Notes: generated from the letters alone by a model not told the origin. Positions 7,445-25,415 are shown, counted from the stretch's first letter. The stretch is 64,000 nucleotides of DNA from Schmidtea polychroa (GCA_044892525.1 CM097885.1:35280001-35344000); one strand, 5' to 3'. Made by a program: numbers and translations.

Positions 7445-9730
7445 GCTAACAAACGCAATAGAAATGAAAAACCCTTCACCAAGGCAGATTAGACAAATCA
7501 ATTTCATTTCACAATTCAACTGCACAATAAACTACGCAGCAGGGAAATCAAACATAGCAGCAGATGCTCTATCCAGAATTGAAAGTGACATAAACGCTCT
7601 AGAATTCGGAGAAATAATCGAATCGGATCAAATCAAATCCAGACAAACCGATACATTAAGCAAACTGCCTACTAAAAACAGCCTTAAACTACAGGAACTC
7701 GACGGAATATGGCACGATGTCTCCAACGAAAGCAACAAACGAATCCTACTACCCGAAGAACTCCGACAAGACTGCATAAAAAAGATACATGCTATCAATC
7801 ATCCGGGAAACAAAAAAACATTCGAGTTAATACATAACAAATATGTATGGCCTCACATGCGGGAAGACATCAAGAATTACGTCAAAAGTTGCCACAGCTG
7901 TCAATTAAATAAAACAACAAAAAAACCCAAAACACAAAAAGTAAACTTCCCAAGCAGTGAAGCGTTTGAAACAATACACACAGACGTAGTAGGACCACTA
8001 CTACCAAACGACACTATAAATATCTACTAACAATTATAGACAGAAAAACCAATTGGTTCGAAGCGATACCAATAAAAGAAATTACAGCAAAAAATATCTG
8101 CGAAATGATCGAACTAAACTGGATAGCTCGTTACGGCCAACCGAAAACAATCATAACTGATCAAGGCAGACAATTCGAATCAGAAATGTTCAAAATAATG
8201 TGCAATAAATACAATATCAAAAAAAACAGCTTACAACCCACAATCAAATGGGAAAATTGAACGGTTTCACAGAACATTAAAAGAAAGCATCAGGACAAAA
8301 GCCAATGACCAAAACTGGTTAATCCAACTTCCAACAATATTAATCGGACTAAGAAATAGCCCAAACTCAACAGATAATGAAAGTCCAGCATACAAAATTT
8401 TCGGAAAAGCAACAAACTTGCCATCACTTAAATCAGATACAAACAAAACCACCGAAAACAGCAAACAAATAACAAACAAAAATAGCGAAACCACCGAACA
8501 GAAACCAAAAGGAATTTTAAAAAGAAGACCGGACTCCGAATTAGACGGAAAAATAGTATTAACAACAGAGTTCATCTTAATAAAAAAACCATTCACAAAA
8601 GGATTCGAATCCAAATACGAGGGTCCATTCAAACTCCTAGAAATTAACAAAAACGTCGCTACAATAATCCAAAACAACAACAAAATAAAAATAAACATAA
8701 GACGAATAAAACCCTATCACCAAAACGAAAACCCACAAAACAACCGACCAGAAAACAAAACACAAACACAAACGAAAACACAATCAATTCACAAAAGAAT
8801 CACATTTAACACCAAAAACTTAATCAAACTATATTTGATAAAGATACAATAATCACACCCCTATACAAAAAACGATACAGTGATTGTCTTAATTAAAACA
8901 CCAACAAAAAAAACACACGCACAAACAATGCCAATTGTACAGTTTTTTATTAATATTCTTGTAAATATAGAGTAAATCGTAAGTTTTTGTTGTATACAGC
9001 TTGTAAATACAAAGAAACAGAAACAAAATACATAAAAACATAAAAAAAGGTTATTGAATGTAATTTTTTTTATGTTACTTTTTATTGATTCATGTTAACC
9101 TCCGGTTTTAAAGGGGGAAGTTATGTAATGTAAAGCGATTTTTATTAATATTTTAGTGTTCACAATTAGGAATTGTGAATACTAAAATATAAAATGCCAC
9201 CATCTGTGGAAATCCAGATTTTTAAAAAAAAACTATATAGCGATAATTTACTATAGGAAATAAAAAAATCGAAAGAAATTGAATGATTAATTATATGTCT
9301 TCAAAACTTCTGTTTGTAAGTTCAAATGCTAAACAAATTTGATAAAGAAACTGAATTAAGAAATTGAATTAAGAAACTGAATTAAGAAATTGAATTAAGA
9401 AACTGAATTAAGAAATTGAATTAAGAAACTGAATTAAGAAATTGAATTAAGGAACTGAATTAAGAAATTGAATTAAGAAACTGAATTAAGAAATCGAATT
9501 AAGAAACTGAATTGAGAAATTGAATTAAGCTGAATTGATCCAAGTAGTATTATTTTTATTTTGTTCAGTAAACGTGTGATATTATTTGAATATTGTTGAA
9601 TATTAATTTTGTTTTTTATTTATTATTGTTACATCACATAGCACAGCCTGCACCCCGATTGTCCCGCCACAAGTTTTAACGGAGACTCTTTCGGGCCCAT
9701 CAATTTTCTTATTAAACATACAACTTAATA
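7445..9730 (+). mobile_element. Gypsy LTR retrotransposon 3' half (end of RNase H, integrase, PPT, 3' LTR)
   Basis: RQIRQINFISQF..GKSNIAADALSR, H-H-C-C zinc domain, IHTDVVGPL, TDQGRQFES, KIERFHRTLK, YEGPF; PPT AAAGGGGGAAG at 9110-9120; LTR end approximate. Confidence 0.9.
9347..9535. repeat. 13-bp tandem repeat GAAA(C/T)TGAATTAA in the LTR, alternating variants
   Basis: About 14 contiguous units. Confidence 0.9.
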
Positions 9731-10356
9731 TCTACAATAGCAAAGTTAAGCAAATCCTTGATTAACTGAAAATAAATCACTACTCGGTATATTCTCAATA
9801 CAAAGCTGCCCATGTTGAAAGATTTAATCGAACATTGAGAGATAGATTAAAGAAATTGTTCGTGCATCAAGGTAATAAAAAATGGGTAAATGTTTTACCA
9901 AAAATAATAACCAGTTATAATCATTCATCACATCGAGGACTGAATGGATTGAGACCTGTTGATATCACATCTAAAACATTATTGACTTCTAAAAAATCTG
10001 TAAAAATTGCAAAACCGAAATATAAAGTCGGTGACCATGTTAGAATTAGTAAAATTAGTGCGTCACCATTTATTAAAATTTTCGATACAAATTGGAGTGA
10101 TGTAATTGGAGTTTTTGTAATTTCGAAAATAAATACTAAACAGAATCCTGTAATGTATGTCATCAAAGATAATGATAATAATATTGTTCAAGGGAAATTT
10201 TATGAGCTAGAATTACAAGTCATTCCTCCTCCAAAAGTATTTAGAATTCAAAAAATATTGAAAACTAAAAAGCTCGGCAAGGAAAAACAATAATATGTTA
10301 AATGGCATGGTGATCAAACCCCGTCATGGATATCAGCAATAGACCTAGTAAAGTGA
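9731..10356 (+). pseudogene. Polinton B integrase, 5'-truncated
   Basis: Close paralogue of 282-910 with premature stops; begins at FYNSKVK at the Gypsy junction. Confidence 0.9.
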
Positions 10357-11030
10357 ATTTTTATACCATTTTACCAAGCAACAGTTGTCCATTAATTCGT
10401 CCAGACAATCAAGCAAGCAAATTCATAATCGAACTCCAAAACCCTATCTATTTGGATAGTGACTGGGAAGTTGCTCTGTTGGATTTTACATTTGTATACA
10501 ATTTATTCCCAATCTATAGCAAATCAGTTATTGAATATAATAAGAAAGTAGCAGTAAAAGAATATATAAATGTTCTTATAGATAAAGATAGTTATAACTT
10601 AACGAGTTCATCGAAATCAATTAAACCCATAATTTATGATGATGGTCAATATTTATACGTGAATTGCTTGAATCACCCATTCGAATTTTTATTTTCTACA
10701 ACGGCTAAACGTCTTGGATTTACTGAAGTACGTAATGTATATTATGATACAGTCAAAATAAATCTCGCTGCATTTCCAAAAACTTATAATTTAGTGGAAT
10801 TCAAATTTAAGCTGTCATACATTGAAATAACTGAGCATGCATATACTTTTAAAGATGATTTATATATTACAGAACTCGAACAATTACAAAGTTATTTAGA
10901 AACAAATTGTAGCGATATTTTAACAGTTTTCGAGCTTCAAAAAGATAAAGTATTTAGATTTAGTATAAATTCGAATCTTAGTCAAGTTAAATTTGACTCA
11001 AATTTGACAAAAACATTAGGTGAACATTAG
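10326..11030 (+). CDS. Polinton B minor capsid (penton), 3'-truncated
   Basis: FYTILPSNS...DWEVALLDF signature directly after the integrase. Confidence 0.85.
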   Translation: MDISNRPSKVNFYTILPSNSCPLIRPDNQASKFIIELQNPIYLDSDWEVALLDFTFVYNLFPIYSKSVIEYNKKVAVKEYINVLIDKDSYNLTSSSKSIKPIIYDDGQYLYVNCLNHPFEFLFSTTAKRLGFTEVRNVYYDTVKINLAAFPKTYNLVEFKFKLSYIEITEHAYTFKDDLYITELEQLQSYLETNCSDILTVFELQKDKVFRFSINSNLSQVKFDSNLTKTLGEH

Positions 11031-11039
11031 AAAACATTA

Positions 11040-11430
11040 GATGATGAAAGAAAAAAGTGGGTTAAAGGCTCAAAACTATTCACCATGTGTTCATCATTAC
11101 AACTCGATTTTATGGATCAACCGAAATATTTACTACCGGAAGTTAATGTACATATTAAACTGAAAAGGTCTGATTTTGCATTATCTCTTACTAGTGCAAC
11201 TGGTGCACCAATATGTCAATTAGTTGATGCAAAATTATTGATGAGAAGAGTTTGAGTAGACCCTTCAGTATTAACGGGTCTTGGGCCTTAATTCAAAACA
11301 TGCAATTTATCTATTAAAAACAAAGGAAATTGTACAATTCGCTATTGCTAACGGTGCATCATCATTCTATAAAGAACAAATATTTGGTGACAGAAGAATG
11401 CCTAATTTTATTCTGAGTACATTTCAAAGT
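11040..11430 (+). pseudogene. Polinton major capsid protein fragment
   Basis: LQLDFMDQPKYLLPEVNVHIKLKRS...AKLLMRRV..., QIFGDRRMPNFIL match the Polinton double jelly-roll MCP; contains a stop and a frameshift. Confidence 0.8.
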
Positions 11431-11431
11431 T

Positions 11432-12002
11432 AATGAAACAAACCGAGGTACCTTTCATATCTACAATCAAACAATGAATGTTACCCGACAAGCAGAGCCC
11501 AATCAAAAAGCTATTTTATGGGAAAATTCAATCGATATTAAATGAAAAAAATAAATCTCAAATATTAACTTTTCGTCAACGTTCACCAATAGCGACGTCA
11601 AAATTAGTGTTCATCAAAATAAAATATTATAGACGTTCTCTATTTTCAAATAAATGGCAATTAAATTTAGTGGAAAATAAAATTGTGCAAATTCCATCTA
11701 TCAACTTGCAGTATGGAAATCGAAATAAATCAAATCAGTCAAACCGAACCCCTAGCTCTGCCAACGTAATCATCTTTTCTAGCATCAATGAGTCAATGAC
11801 TAATAACGAAACCATATCGTCATGAAAAACTGAAAGTGAAATTGTGTGTGTAACATTATTAATAACTGCTCTCTCTATAACAATCTTTCTCACTATTCTC
11901 ATCATCATTGTGTTAATTCAATTTCGAACAATACCGAAATCTTCTACGAATCGATCCGAGATTGCGAGATCCTGGATTGTCTATGAAGAAACGTTTGTGT
12001 AG
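11432..12002 (+). pseudogene. Type I membrane glycoprotein C-terminal remnant
   Basis: Many N-x-S/T sequons (NET, NQT, NVT, NKS, NQS, NRT, NES). Reading through TGA 11823 gives TM IVCVTLLITALSITIFLTILIIIVLI and tail ...VYEETFV*. Confidence 0.55.
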
Positions 12003-12446
12003 TAAGATATAAATACTTTGCATGCAAAATTGATAAAGTAGTAGAGTAGTAATATAGTACAAATATTTTATGGATATTATTAATATTTTATTTCATCATT
12101 ATTAATATTTTATTTCATCAATGATCAATATTTTATTTTATTTTTACTTGTGAATCTGCACTTTTCAATGACAACGGAAAGAATCAATTTGATTGGTTAG
12201 CGCTGTATTAAGGGGAGAGAAAAGGGGTTAAGATAATTTCCATAAGGGTATTTAAGGCGGGTTAAATCCATTAAACTCCATTAATTTTGAAAAAAACAAA
12301 ATCAACAATTAATTAAACGGTAATTATTATTATTTATTTATATAACTAGTCGGTGGGACGGTATCCTTTGGGTACCCCATCTCAAACCTAGTTTTAAAAG
12401 TAAATTAATTTCAAATTTTAATTATATAACTATTTTAGCAAAAAAA

Positions 12447-13196
12447 ATGGAACAAATACAATGGGCAAGGTCGACCTACGAAAGCTATATCAAAATGAAA
12501 AACAATCATGCCGGACAACAAGTATACCGGATCATTGACAATCTTCTATTCCCAAATTATTTAAGAATTCATCACCGAAAAATGAAGATTCAAATGTTTA
12601 CGATAATGAGGAAGTCGAAATTGCGATTGACAGACGAAGTTGAAATGCCAAGGAAAGAAGAATATCACCTGCATGTGATTAAGGGTACAGTTGAGGTACT
12701 GATAAATGAAAATAAAGTATGGTGGGAATTGAGAAAATTCACGTCGTGGAAGTTGTAGACAGACTTCACGTGGAGAATGTTACGAGCGACGAATGAAGAA
12801 ACAACCATGGTAGTGGAAATCAGAACCGAAAATGAAGCGAATGAAGCTCCACAGATGCAGCCAAGTGCTAGAGAAGACCTAATATTACTAAAAATTTCAA
12901 AATACATGCTGAAAAAGAAAATGTCGTTTCTCAGAAAGGAAATGGATTTAGAAGAAATTCGCAATCGAATATTATTTATAGATGCAGAATATGGCATGTC
13001 AGAACAAGGAAAAATGGCCCCTTTGGCAATAGCAATAATGGATTATTATGGAAAAATAATAATGAATATATACCTGACTCCAAGGAGAAAAATTCGGCAT
13101 TTTAATTCAAGGATCCACGGAATCACAGAAGTAGCTAACAGGAATCAAAATGCAAAATATTACAAGATGCGTTCAAAAATATATTGCAAAGATTAG
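12447..13196 (+). pseudogene. DEDDh 3'-5' exonuclease (REX4/ISG20-like) with N-terminal extension, truncated
   Basis: ORFs 12447 and 12777 share a frame across one TAG; ILFIDAEYG (ExoI), AIMDYYGKII and FNSRIHGITE. Confidence 0.75.
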
Positions 13197-13511
13197 CCGC
13201 AGAGACTCCTTATATAAAAAATCTTAACCCTTCCATTGGTACCTGGTTGTAAGTGCTTAATACTTGGTAGTTGATATCTAGTTATTAGTGACTATCTGAA
13301 AGTACTTGGTCGGTGATTGAATTTAGATTGGTACTTAGTAGATGGTTGTCGGTACATGATAGTTGGTACTTGATATATAGTTGGTAGTACCTATTTGGTA
13401 ACAGGTTCTTGGTACTTGGTAACAGGTTTTTGGTATCTATTTGTAGGTATCCGGTTGTTGTTGTTGCTGATATCTTGTACTATTTTGACGGTATCTAGTT
13501 GTTAGTGGCTA

Positions 13512-13700
13512 ATTGTAAGTACAAATACAGAAAATTAGCACAAGACATCCAAGAAGCAACAAACACATATACAACAGTAGAAACATTCGTGGTATGCTCC
13601 CTTGGGACATGAGACAAACGGAATAATGATGTATTCAGAAAATCGGGACTCAAATATGAAGAGTACATGCCCATAAAGAACAAAATGATAGATAGAGTGA
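13512..13700 (+). pseudogene. Restriction-like endonuclease C-terminus of an R2/NeSL-type non-LTR retrotransposon
   Basis: KYKYRKLA...VETFVVCSLGT*DKRNNDVF resembles the RLE pattern KxxKY..VVGSLGxW..N. Confidence 0.55.
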
Positions 13701-14860
13701 TTAAAGGCTCCAGAAAAACATATGAAAATCATCGGGGTTTCTATCAATAACACAAGATAAATGTTGCCAATCAGAAAAACCAGATGAATCGGATAGACTG
13801 CTTTTATCACTGAAATCAAATATCCTACAGCAAAAACAATACACAGAATTTTCAGTAATTGAATACACAAGCCATTCGCGTTGTGTTTCTTCTCCGTTCG
13901 GCAATTGTCTTAAATAATACTTTTTTGAAAATTTACGCCCACTTGACAATGGAAATTCGAAATTTTTTATTTGAATCGGTCCTCTTTCAACAAGGTTACG
14001 TGCGGTAATACTTGATATATTATTTGCCCACATACCTGGATCGTCCAATATTATATTTGCTTCACAATTTTCGTCAGATGAATTTCCAACAGATGAATTT
14101 TCAGACCGAATTTCTGTAAAAATTTCATATTCATTCTCATCACTATCGCTAGAACTTTTATTATCGTCAACAGATATGGTAACATTATTTTCTATTTCTA
14201 TAGGTGTGCTTGACGACGCTGTTGGTGTATTTTCAAAATATTTTGAAAGCGAATTCTTCAAACTCTGCATTGATTTCAGTTTATTTAAACGCTGCTTTTT
14301 GTATTGTGCGCCAGATAAACGTTTTGTTTTTCTTCCGGTCATATCTAATGGTGCAAATAATACAAATAATAAATATCTAACGTACATTATAACACTTATG
14401 TTTAACAAAAATATAGAAAAAGTTGCATTATACTTACCAAATTCTATAATACAATCCTGCTTTCTAATCTAATATTATATATCTCTATTTTTTTTTAAAA
14501 TAAAAATCTTATTGATTTTTATAAATTTAAAAACTGGAAATATTAATGTTGTTTTGAATCCAAAATTAAAACACTAAATGACTTTGACAACTTGTCAAAG
14601 TTATTTAGTGTAATAGTATTTGTCAATGACAAGCCAAGACAGATATATAAAAATTAATGGAGTGCGTTCAATGATACTACACAAACTGTGTGCGTTCAGT
14701 AACAAAATAGTCGAAACTTTTTTTTTATTTTACAAAATGAAAAAATGAATTTTACAAAATGAAATTGTTGTTTTTGCAAATGCATTTTTTTAATTTGCCG
14801 CCTTTCAAACGGCCGCCTGCGTGCCACGCACGCGTTGCACGCCCGCTTGGAGCGCCCCTG
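13701..14860 (-). mobile_element. hAT transposon 5' part (ZMYM1/TTF zinc-finger type transposase)
   Basis: CAGGGGCGC terminus at 14860; KRLSGAQYKK, DDPGMW, RKFS, REWLVYS..SVYCFCCRIF, GFSDWQHL. Confidence 0.85.
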
Positions 14861-16104
14861 AGTGCATTAACAGATTATCAATTTATAGAATATTGAGAAA
14901 CACAGTTGAGTAATGAACAAACTTAAACAATAATAATAATATATTTATCAATAAAATTTATTATTTTCAATAATAATTTATTTTTAAGTTCATAAAACTG
15001 AGAGAAATTTATTTAATAATATTTACAGTAACAAATACAAATTCGAACTGATATAAATATTTAATACACTGATGTAACTTTACACATACCCCAAATAATA
15101 ACACTATAATAAAAATATGAATAGTTTTGCGTACAGTGTTATCACATATAGTTAACTAGTCCTCGGTATATTTTTACTTTGTTGCATTATTTTTACAATC
15201 TAATTACAATTTGCTTAAATATTTTACAACTTTATTTAAAATTTCCGAAATATGTTATTAGTTTGTTGTAATTTAAAGAAAAGTTTCATAATTTTGTGGT
15301 AATTTAGTGTAAAATATTTATTAAATTATTTCCGTTCACCGAAATAATTTCCCACTTTATTGCAACTTAATGAATAATTTATAACATTATTGTATATTAT
15401 TGAAAGATTTCGTAATGTTGTTTTGATTTATTGTAATATTTTTATTAATTTTGTAACCATTAACTGAAATAATTTATTATATTGCAATAATTAGTGATTG
15501 AATATAGTTTAATAGAAGTTATTATTTAATGATGTAATGAATTTTACGGTTTTGATATTACTCATATGCAATAAAGATGCAATATCACTGCATGATTTTG
15601 ATTGGTTGATATGTACTTAACCTTTATGAATTGTATGTATTGAATAATATTAATTTGGGCATGTGTATGAAATAATGTAAGTGTATGAAATAATGTGTAT
15701 AAAATAGAAAATATTATGTTGTAATTTTATAAATCTAAATAATAATTTATAAGATGTACATGGTTTTGGTCGATACTTTGAAATAATAATAATGCGTTCA
15801 GTTATTTAAATTATTTTTCGTGAAGGGTTCTTGACATAATTTATTTATATGTGAATTATTAAACTCAAAACTTAACCTATATATTTTGATTATTTCACGA
15901 TGAGTGACACTAATAATAATAATAATAATAATAATATTAATAATAATAATAATAATAATCATAATAATAAGAAGAAGAAGAAGAAGAAGAAAAAGAAGAA
16001 TAAAATGAAATAAAATTATTAATTTCAATCAATAAAATACTAATTAATGATTGATAAAATTTAATAATAAAATTTCTTAGATTTATTGCATTAAAAGAAA
16101 CAAT

Positions 16105-16638
16105 TGTTGAGGATACCTAAATAACAATTTATAAAGAAATAAATAAAATTTCCTGGGGAAGATTGCCATGACAAACTGGACGATCTATTGTAACTCAGAA
16201 AAGAAAACGGAAGTAAAAAGAAATAAAAAATGAGAAAGATAAAGGAAATAAAAGGAATCAAATAGGAAAATGAAAACCAAGGTCAGTACTAATTAATTAG
16301 TACAAAAAGGAAAAGGAATTTTGAAATCAAGGAAAAAGGAAAAACAACAATATCCTTATCTTGACAGCTTACCAGTGATAAAAGAATTGATGGGAGAAGG
16401 CGGTCAAACAAAAAAAGGAAAAAGGGAAAATAACTTGACAGCTGTCAGAGATAAAAATGGGACAGTCGGAGAAAGCAAGAGAAGGAAAATGGAAAAACAC
16501 TTGATTATCTAGAGTGCCACAAGAGAAGCGAACTATATAAGGAAAAACTGGTGGACATGAAATTAGAAGAAAATTAGAGACAAAGTGACGCGAAATTGAA
16601 AACAATTTGGAAGACGATTTGAGAGACGATTTGAGAGA
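16105..16638. mobile_element. Truncated LTR, inverted relative of the solo LTR at 27414-28511
   Basis: Starts TGTTGAGGATACC, the reverse complement of the 28511 end; homology extends ~530 bp. Confidence 0.85.
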
Positions 16639-17553
16639 TTACTGTCCCCATTTTTTGAATATGATCTTCTATTTCTTTGATGAGACAATCTGGAACAACA
16701 ATGTCAGGAGAATTAATTGCAGATACATCGCTTGTCAATTCAACGCGAGAACCATTTAAGTCAGACTCCCGACGTGGACACAATTGAATGTTAGAGTATC
16801 CATTTCCGTAAAATATTGACTTTCGTTTTGTGGTGCCAGAGTTTTGCTTAACTATATTTATAATTAATATTAAACTATTTAAATAACATAACTTGTAACA
16901 TATTCTTTAATCTCCTCAGGATCGTATGATGTATTCATTTTCGATTGTACTATAAAAAATAATAATTGTTAATAGTATAAAGAGAATTACTTTTAGTAAT
17001 CATAATACTCTTCGTTTCTTCGAATCTTCTAAGATGGTGTCCGTGTTGTCGTAAAAACATTAACCACCTACCTGGTGTTATAATGAGACATTCCGGACAC
17101 ATGTAACCCGATAAAGTAGAGTCATTTATCTTGAAATATGATGATGTAACTGATTTACAGTTCTCAACATCTTCATGACTTTCGGCAATACAAAATTTAT
17201 ATAAAGTGCATCCGTTCACCTAAAGAAAATAATCATGAATAATAGATAAAGAATAAATTATTCAATTATATATTTTAAATTAAAAGTTTAAATGACAAAC
17301 AATTGAAAAGTTACTACTAATATATTACACATGATTAAATTCTGACCAATTAAAATCAAGGAAGAGGTAGAACAAAAATACATTACGTTGCGGTATTTTA
17401 AAACTTAATTATATTTTAAAAATATATTTTGAGGCTAAAGTTTATTTATTTAACATTTTCATAATAATTTCAGGAACATTTTTATAATTTTTGCCTCAAT
17501 TTCATGATTATTTTTAACATTTTCATAGTTTTCAACATATTCATAATTTCCAA

Positions 17554-17686
<133 letters not shown>

Positions 17687-17982
17687 TCTGAAATATTTAA
17701 TCAAATTGTAACATTATAAAAATATTATAACCAAGTAATGACATTTCGGAAATATTTCAACAGATGTAAAATATTTAAGCAAATAATAAAAATTAATAAA
17801 TGATTTTATCAAATCGCAACAAAGTTATAAAATATTTAAACAAAATGTAACAAGATTATAAAAATATTGAAACAAAGTAATAAAATAATGTGATGAATCC
17901 ACAAAGTAATAACATTTTTCATCAAATTGCAAAACAGTAATAACGTTTTTCATAAAATTGTAAGAGAGAAAAAAAACAGTAG

Positions 17983-18258
17983 AGTAGGGTAATGTGTGTA
18001 CCCGGGTGAAACCTTTGCATAGATCTTTTCAAGACCTTTCGAATGATACCCTGTTTTGAAAGTTTGACCTTATTTATCCTTTGGAAATTAATGAACGCGT
18101 AATATGTCTTTGTTACGTAATTTTAAAAAAAATTTTAAAAAAAATTTAAAAAAAATTTTAACCCCCGGGGTAGGGGGCTGGGGTATAACGTAATCTCCTT
18201 TGTGACGTCATCGATTACGTAATAGTTCTTTGTTTCCGGGTCCACACATTACCCTACT
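17983..18258. mobile_element. 276-bp mini-element with Polinton termini at both ends
   Basis: AGTAGGGTAATGTGTG...CACACATTACCCTACT; right ~160 bp similar to 7250-7444. Confidence 0.75.
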
Positions 18259-18339
18259 CTACTGTTTTTTTCTCTCTCTTTTTCACTCCTTTGTCTCTTT
18301 TCCCTTTGTCCGATTGGGATTTAAGTGTAACCATGTATA

Positions 18340-18780
18340 AGCAGAATTTAATTCTCTACAAAATGGCTCAATTACAATTTTAGTTTGTCGCTTTGTGTGT
18401 AATACACACATGTTTTACGATAAATTTGTATTTTTCGCGCGGTTAACGTAATATTTTTGGATTTTTATTCATATATTATATAGATAAAATTTAATTTTCT
18501 ATAAAATAGCTTGATTAAAAATTATGTCTCGTATGTTGTGTGTAATACACACATGTTTTTACGATAAATTTGTATTTTTCATACAGTTAACGTAATTTTC
18601 TTAGGATTTTATTCATATAATATATAGATAAAATTTAGTTTTCTATAAAATGGATTGATTAGAAATTATGTATCTTGTTTTGTGTGTAATACACACATGT
18701 TTTTAAGATAAATTTGTATTTATTATACGTTAACGTATAGAGATAAAATTTAATTTTCTATAAAATGGATTTATCTAGAG
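18340..18780. repeat. ~144-bp tandem repeat x3, each with a TGTGTGTA-A-TACACACA hairpin
   Basis: Units at ~18394, ~18537 and ~18681. Confidence 0.8.
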
Positions 18781-19444
18781 TTTAAAATGTTGTATTATTT
18801 TATTACTTTGTTGCAATATTTTTATAATCTTATAACAATTTGCTTAAATATTTTACATCTGTTGAAATATTTGAAATATTACTTTGTTGATATTTACTGA
18901 AAGACTTCACAATTTATTACAATATTCTTTTTAATTTGTTATCCGTCTTCGAAATAATGTATTGATTTGTCCCAATTAACATCATTATTTTATTAGTTTG
19001 TTGCAATATTTTTATTATTTTAGTTACAATTTGATAAATATTTTACAACTTTGTTGAAATTTTCTGAAATATGTTACTACTTTGTTGTAATATTTTCTAA
19101 TCTTGTTACAATTTGCTTAAATATTTTACAACTGTTGAAAATTTATCTGAAATATGTTATTACTTTGTTACAATTTTATGAAAAACGTTATTACTGTTTT
19201 GCAATTTGATGAAAAATGTTATTACTTTGTGGATTCATCACATTATTTTATTACTTTGTTTCAATATTTTTATAATCTTGTTACATTTTGTTTAAATATT
19301 TTATAACTTTGTTGCGATTTGATAAAATCATTTATTAATTTTTATCATTTGCTTAAATATTTTACATCTGTTGAAATATTTCCGAAATGTCATTACTTGG
19401 TTGTAATATTTTTATAATGTTACAATTTGATTAAATATTTCAGA

Positions 19445-19511
<67 letters not shown>

Positions 19512-19736
19512 TTGGAAATTATGAATATGTTGAAAACTATGAAAATGTTAAAAATAATCATGAAATTGAGGCAAAAATTATAAAAATGTTCCTGAAATTA
19601 TTATGAAAATGTTAAATAAATAAACTTTAGCGTCAAAATGTATTTTTAAAATATAATTAAGTTTTAAAATACCGCAACGTAATGTATTTTTGTTCTACCT
19701 CTTCCTTGATTTTAATTGGTCAGAATTTAATCATAG

Positions 19737-23611
<3,875 letters not shown>

Positions 23612-24499
23612 CAATTAAATTTATGTGAATAATAAAATATATATTGTGAATTATTTGACTTCGTTAATTAAAATATGTTTTATCATTTAATAATTCATTT
23701 GTCCAATTAATTTAGATAATTAGTTTTAAGTAAGAATTATTATTTATCATGAAAAACTTTGCTTTGTTTTGAAAAAATTAATGCCCATTTTATTTTAAAT
23801 TAACACAGCGTTATTTTATGATAATTACTAATTAAAATTTTATTCAAATTGAAGTATTATTGTTACAATTTACACTCTTGTTAGAATATATTAAATGTAA
23901 ATGTAAAATAATAACAATAAAAAAAATAATAAATAAAAAAAAATAATAAATAAAAATTAATTAAAAAAAAATTAATTAAATAACGTAAGTAATTAAAATA
24001 AAATATTAATAAATAATTAATTAATTAAATGTAATAAATTGAAAATTAATTAAAGTAATTAATTAAAACAAAAAACATAATAAAATAATTAATTAATAAA
24101 TTTAAAAAAAAATTAAATAGAAGTAATTAAATAAATTTTAAAAAAAATAAATAAATAAAATGATTCGATTGACCTATATTTGATATGGACATTGGGATGA
24201 CCTTGAAAGTGTCCTGGAGTCCTTACTATATACTACTTACCAGGTCTCATTAAAAAGCCAAAGCATTTTAAGGTCCCTATATTTTTTGTACATAGAATTT
24301 ATGGTCAAATATTTTGATTAATCGATGGACATGTGAAATTTTTGTAATTATTTTAAATTAAGTATATTAGTGTAATAATTAAAAATTAAGTAATAGATTT
24401 TGATGAATCGATAAAATTAGAGAAATAGAGGTAATATTTTAAAATTAAGTAAATTAAAGAAAATTGGTGTAATATTTAAAAAACAGTAATAGATTTAAA

Positions 24500-25415
24500 A
24501 TTTTTGTCAGATATTTTGATGAATCGACGGCCACGTGAAATTATGGTAATAATTTAAAATTAAGCAAATTAAAGTAATATTTAAAAAATAAGTAATAATT
24601 GTAAATAAGTAATAGTTTTACAATTTGGCAAGGTATTTTGAATGACACTGAGACATTAAGGTGATAATTTAAAATTTAGCAAATTAAAGTAAATTAGTGG
24701 AATATTTTGAAAATAAGTAATAGATTTAAACATTTTAGTAAATTTTTTAGAAAAACCAAAGGATATTGAGACTTTAAAGTAATAATTTTCTATACAAATC
24801 CTGGTTTCTGGAATTATCTATACAAAATCCGATCTCGCTAAAAAAGACAATGCTCTAGAGAGCTACACTCTATTTTTTGTATACAAATCCGACTGTCACT
24901 AAGGTAGACAAGATATTTTTAAAGTCCCAGGATTTTTTGTACACAAAATCCGACTGTCACTAAAAGGTCAAGGTATTTTTAAGGTCTATATAATTTTTTG
25001 TATACAAAATCCGTCCCAGGGATTTTTGTATACAAAGTCCAGGTCTCTTTATTATTACTTTAAGGTACTTATTTTAAATTATTACTTTAAAGTCTCAATA
25101 TCCTTTGATTTTTCTAAAAAATTTACTAAAATGTTTAAATCTATTACTTATTTTCAAAATATTCCACTAATTTACTTTAATTTGCTAAATTTTAAATTAT
25201 CACCTTAATGTCTCAGTGTCATTCAAAATACCTTGCCAAATTGTAAAACTATTACTTATTTACAATTATTACTTATTTTTTAAATATTACTTTAATTTGC
25301 TTAATTTTAAATTATTACCATAATTTCACGTGGCCGTCGATTCATCAAAATATCTGACAAAAATTTTAAATTCCAGAAAAAAAATTCCAGAAACCAGGAT
25401 TTGTATAGAAAATTC
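24500..25415. repeat. Foldback-like inverted repeat (~290-bp arms) with TTTTTGTATACAAAATCC sub-repeats
   Basis: ~24500-24785 is the near-perfect reverse complement of ~25078-25372; ~24786-24815 mirrors ~25383-25412. Confidence 0.85.

Noticed and set aside
9347..9535. Regular short repeats resembling a CRISPR array
   Set aside because: Contiguous 13-bp units with no unique spacers, inside an LTR in eukaryotic DNA.
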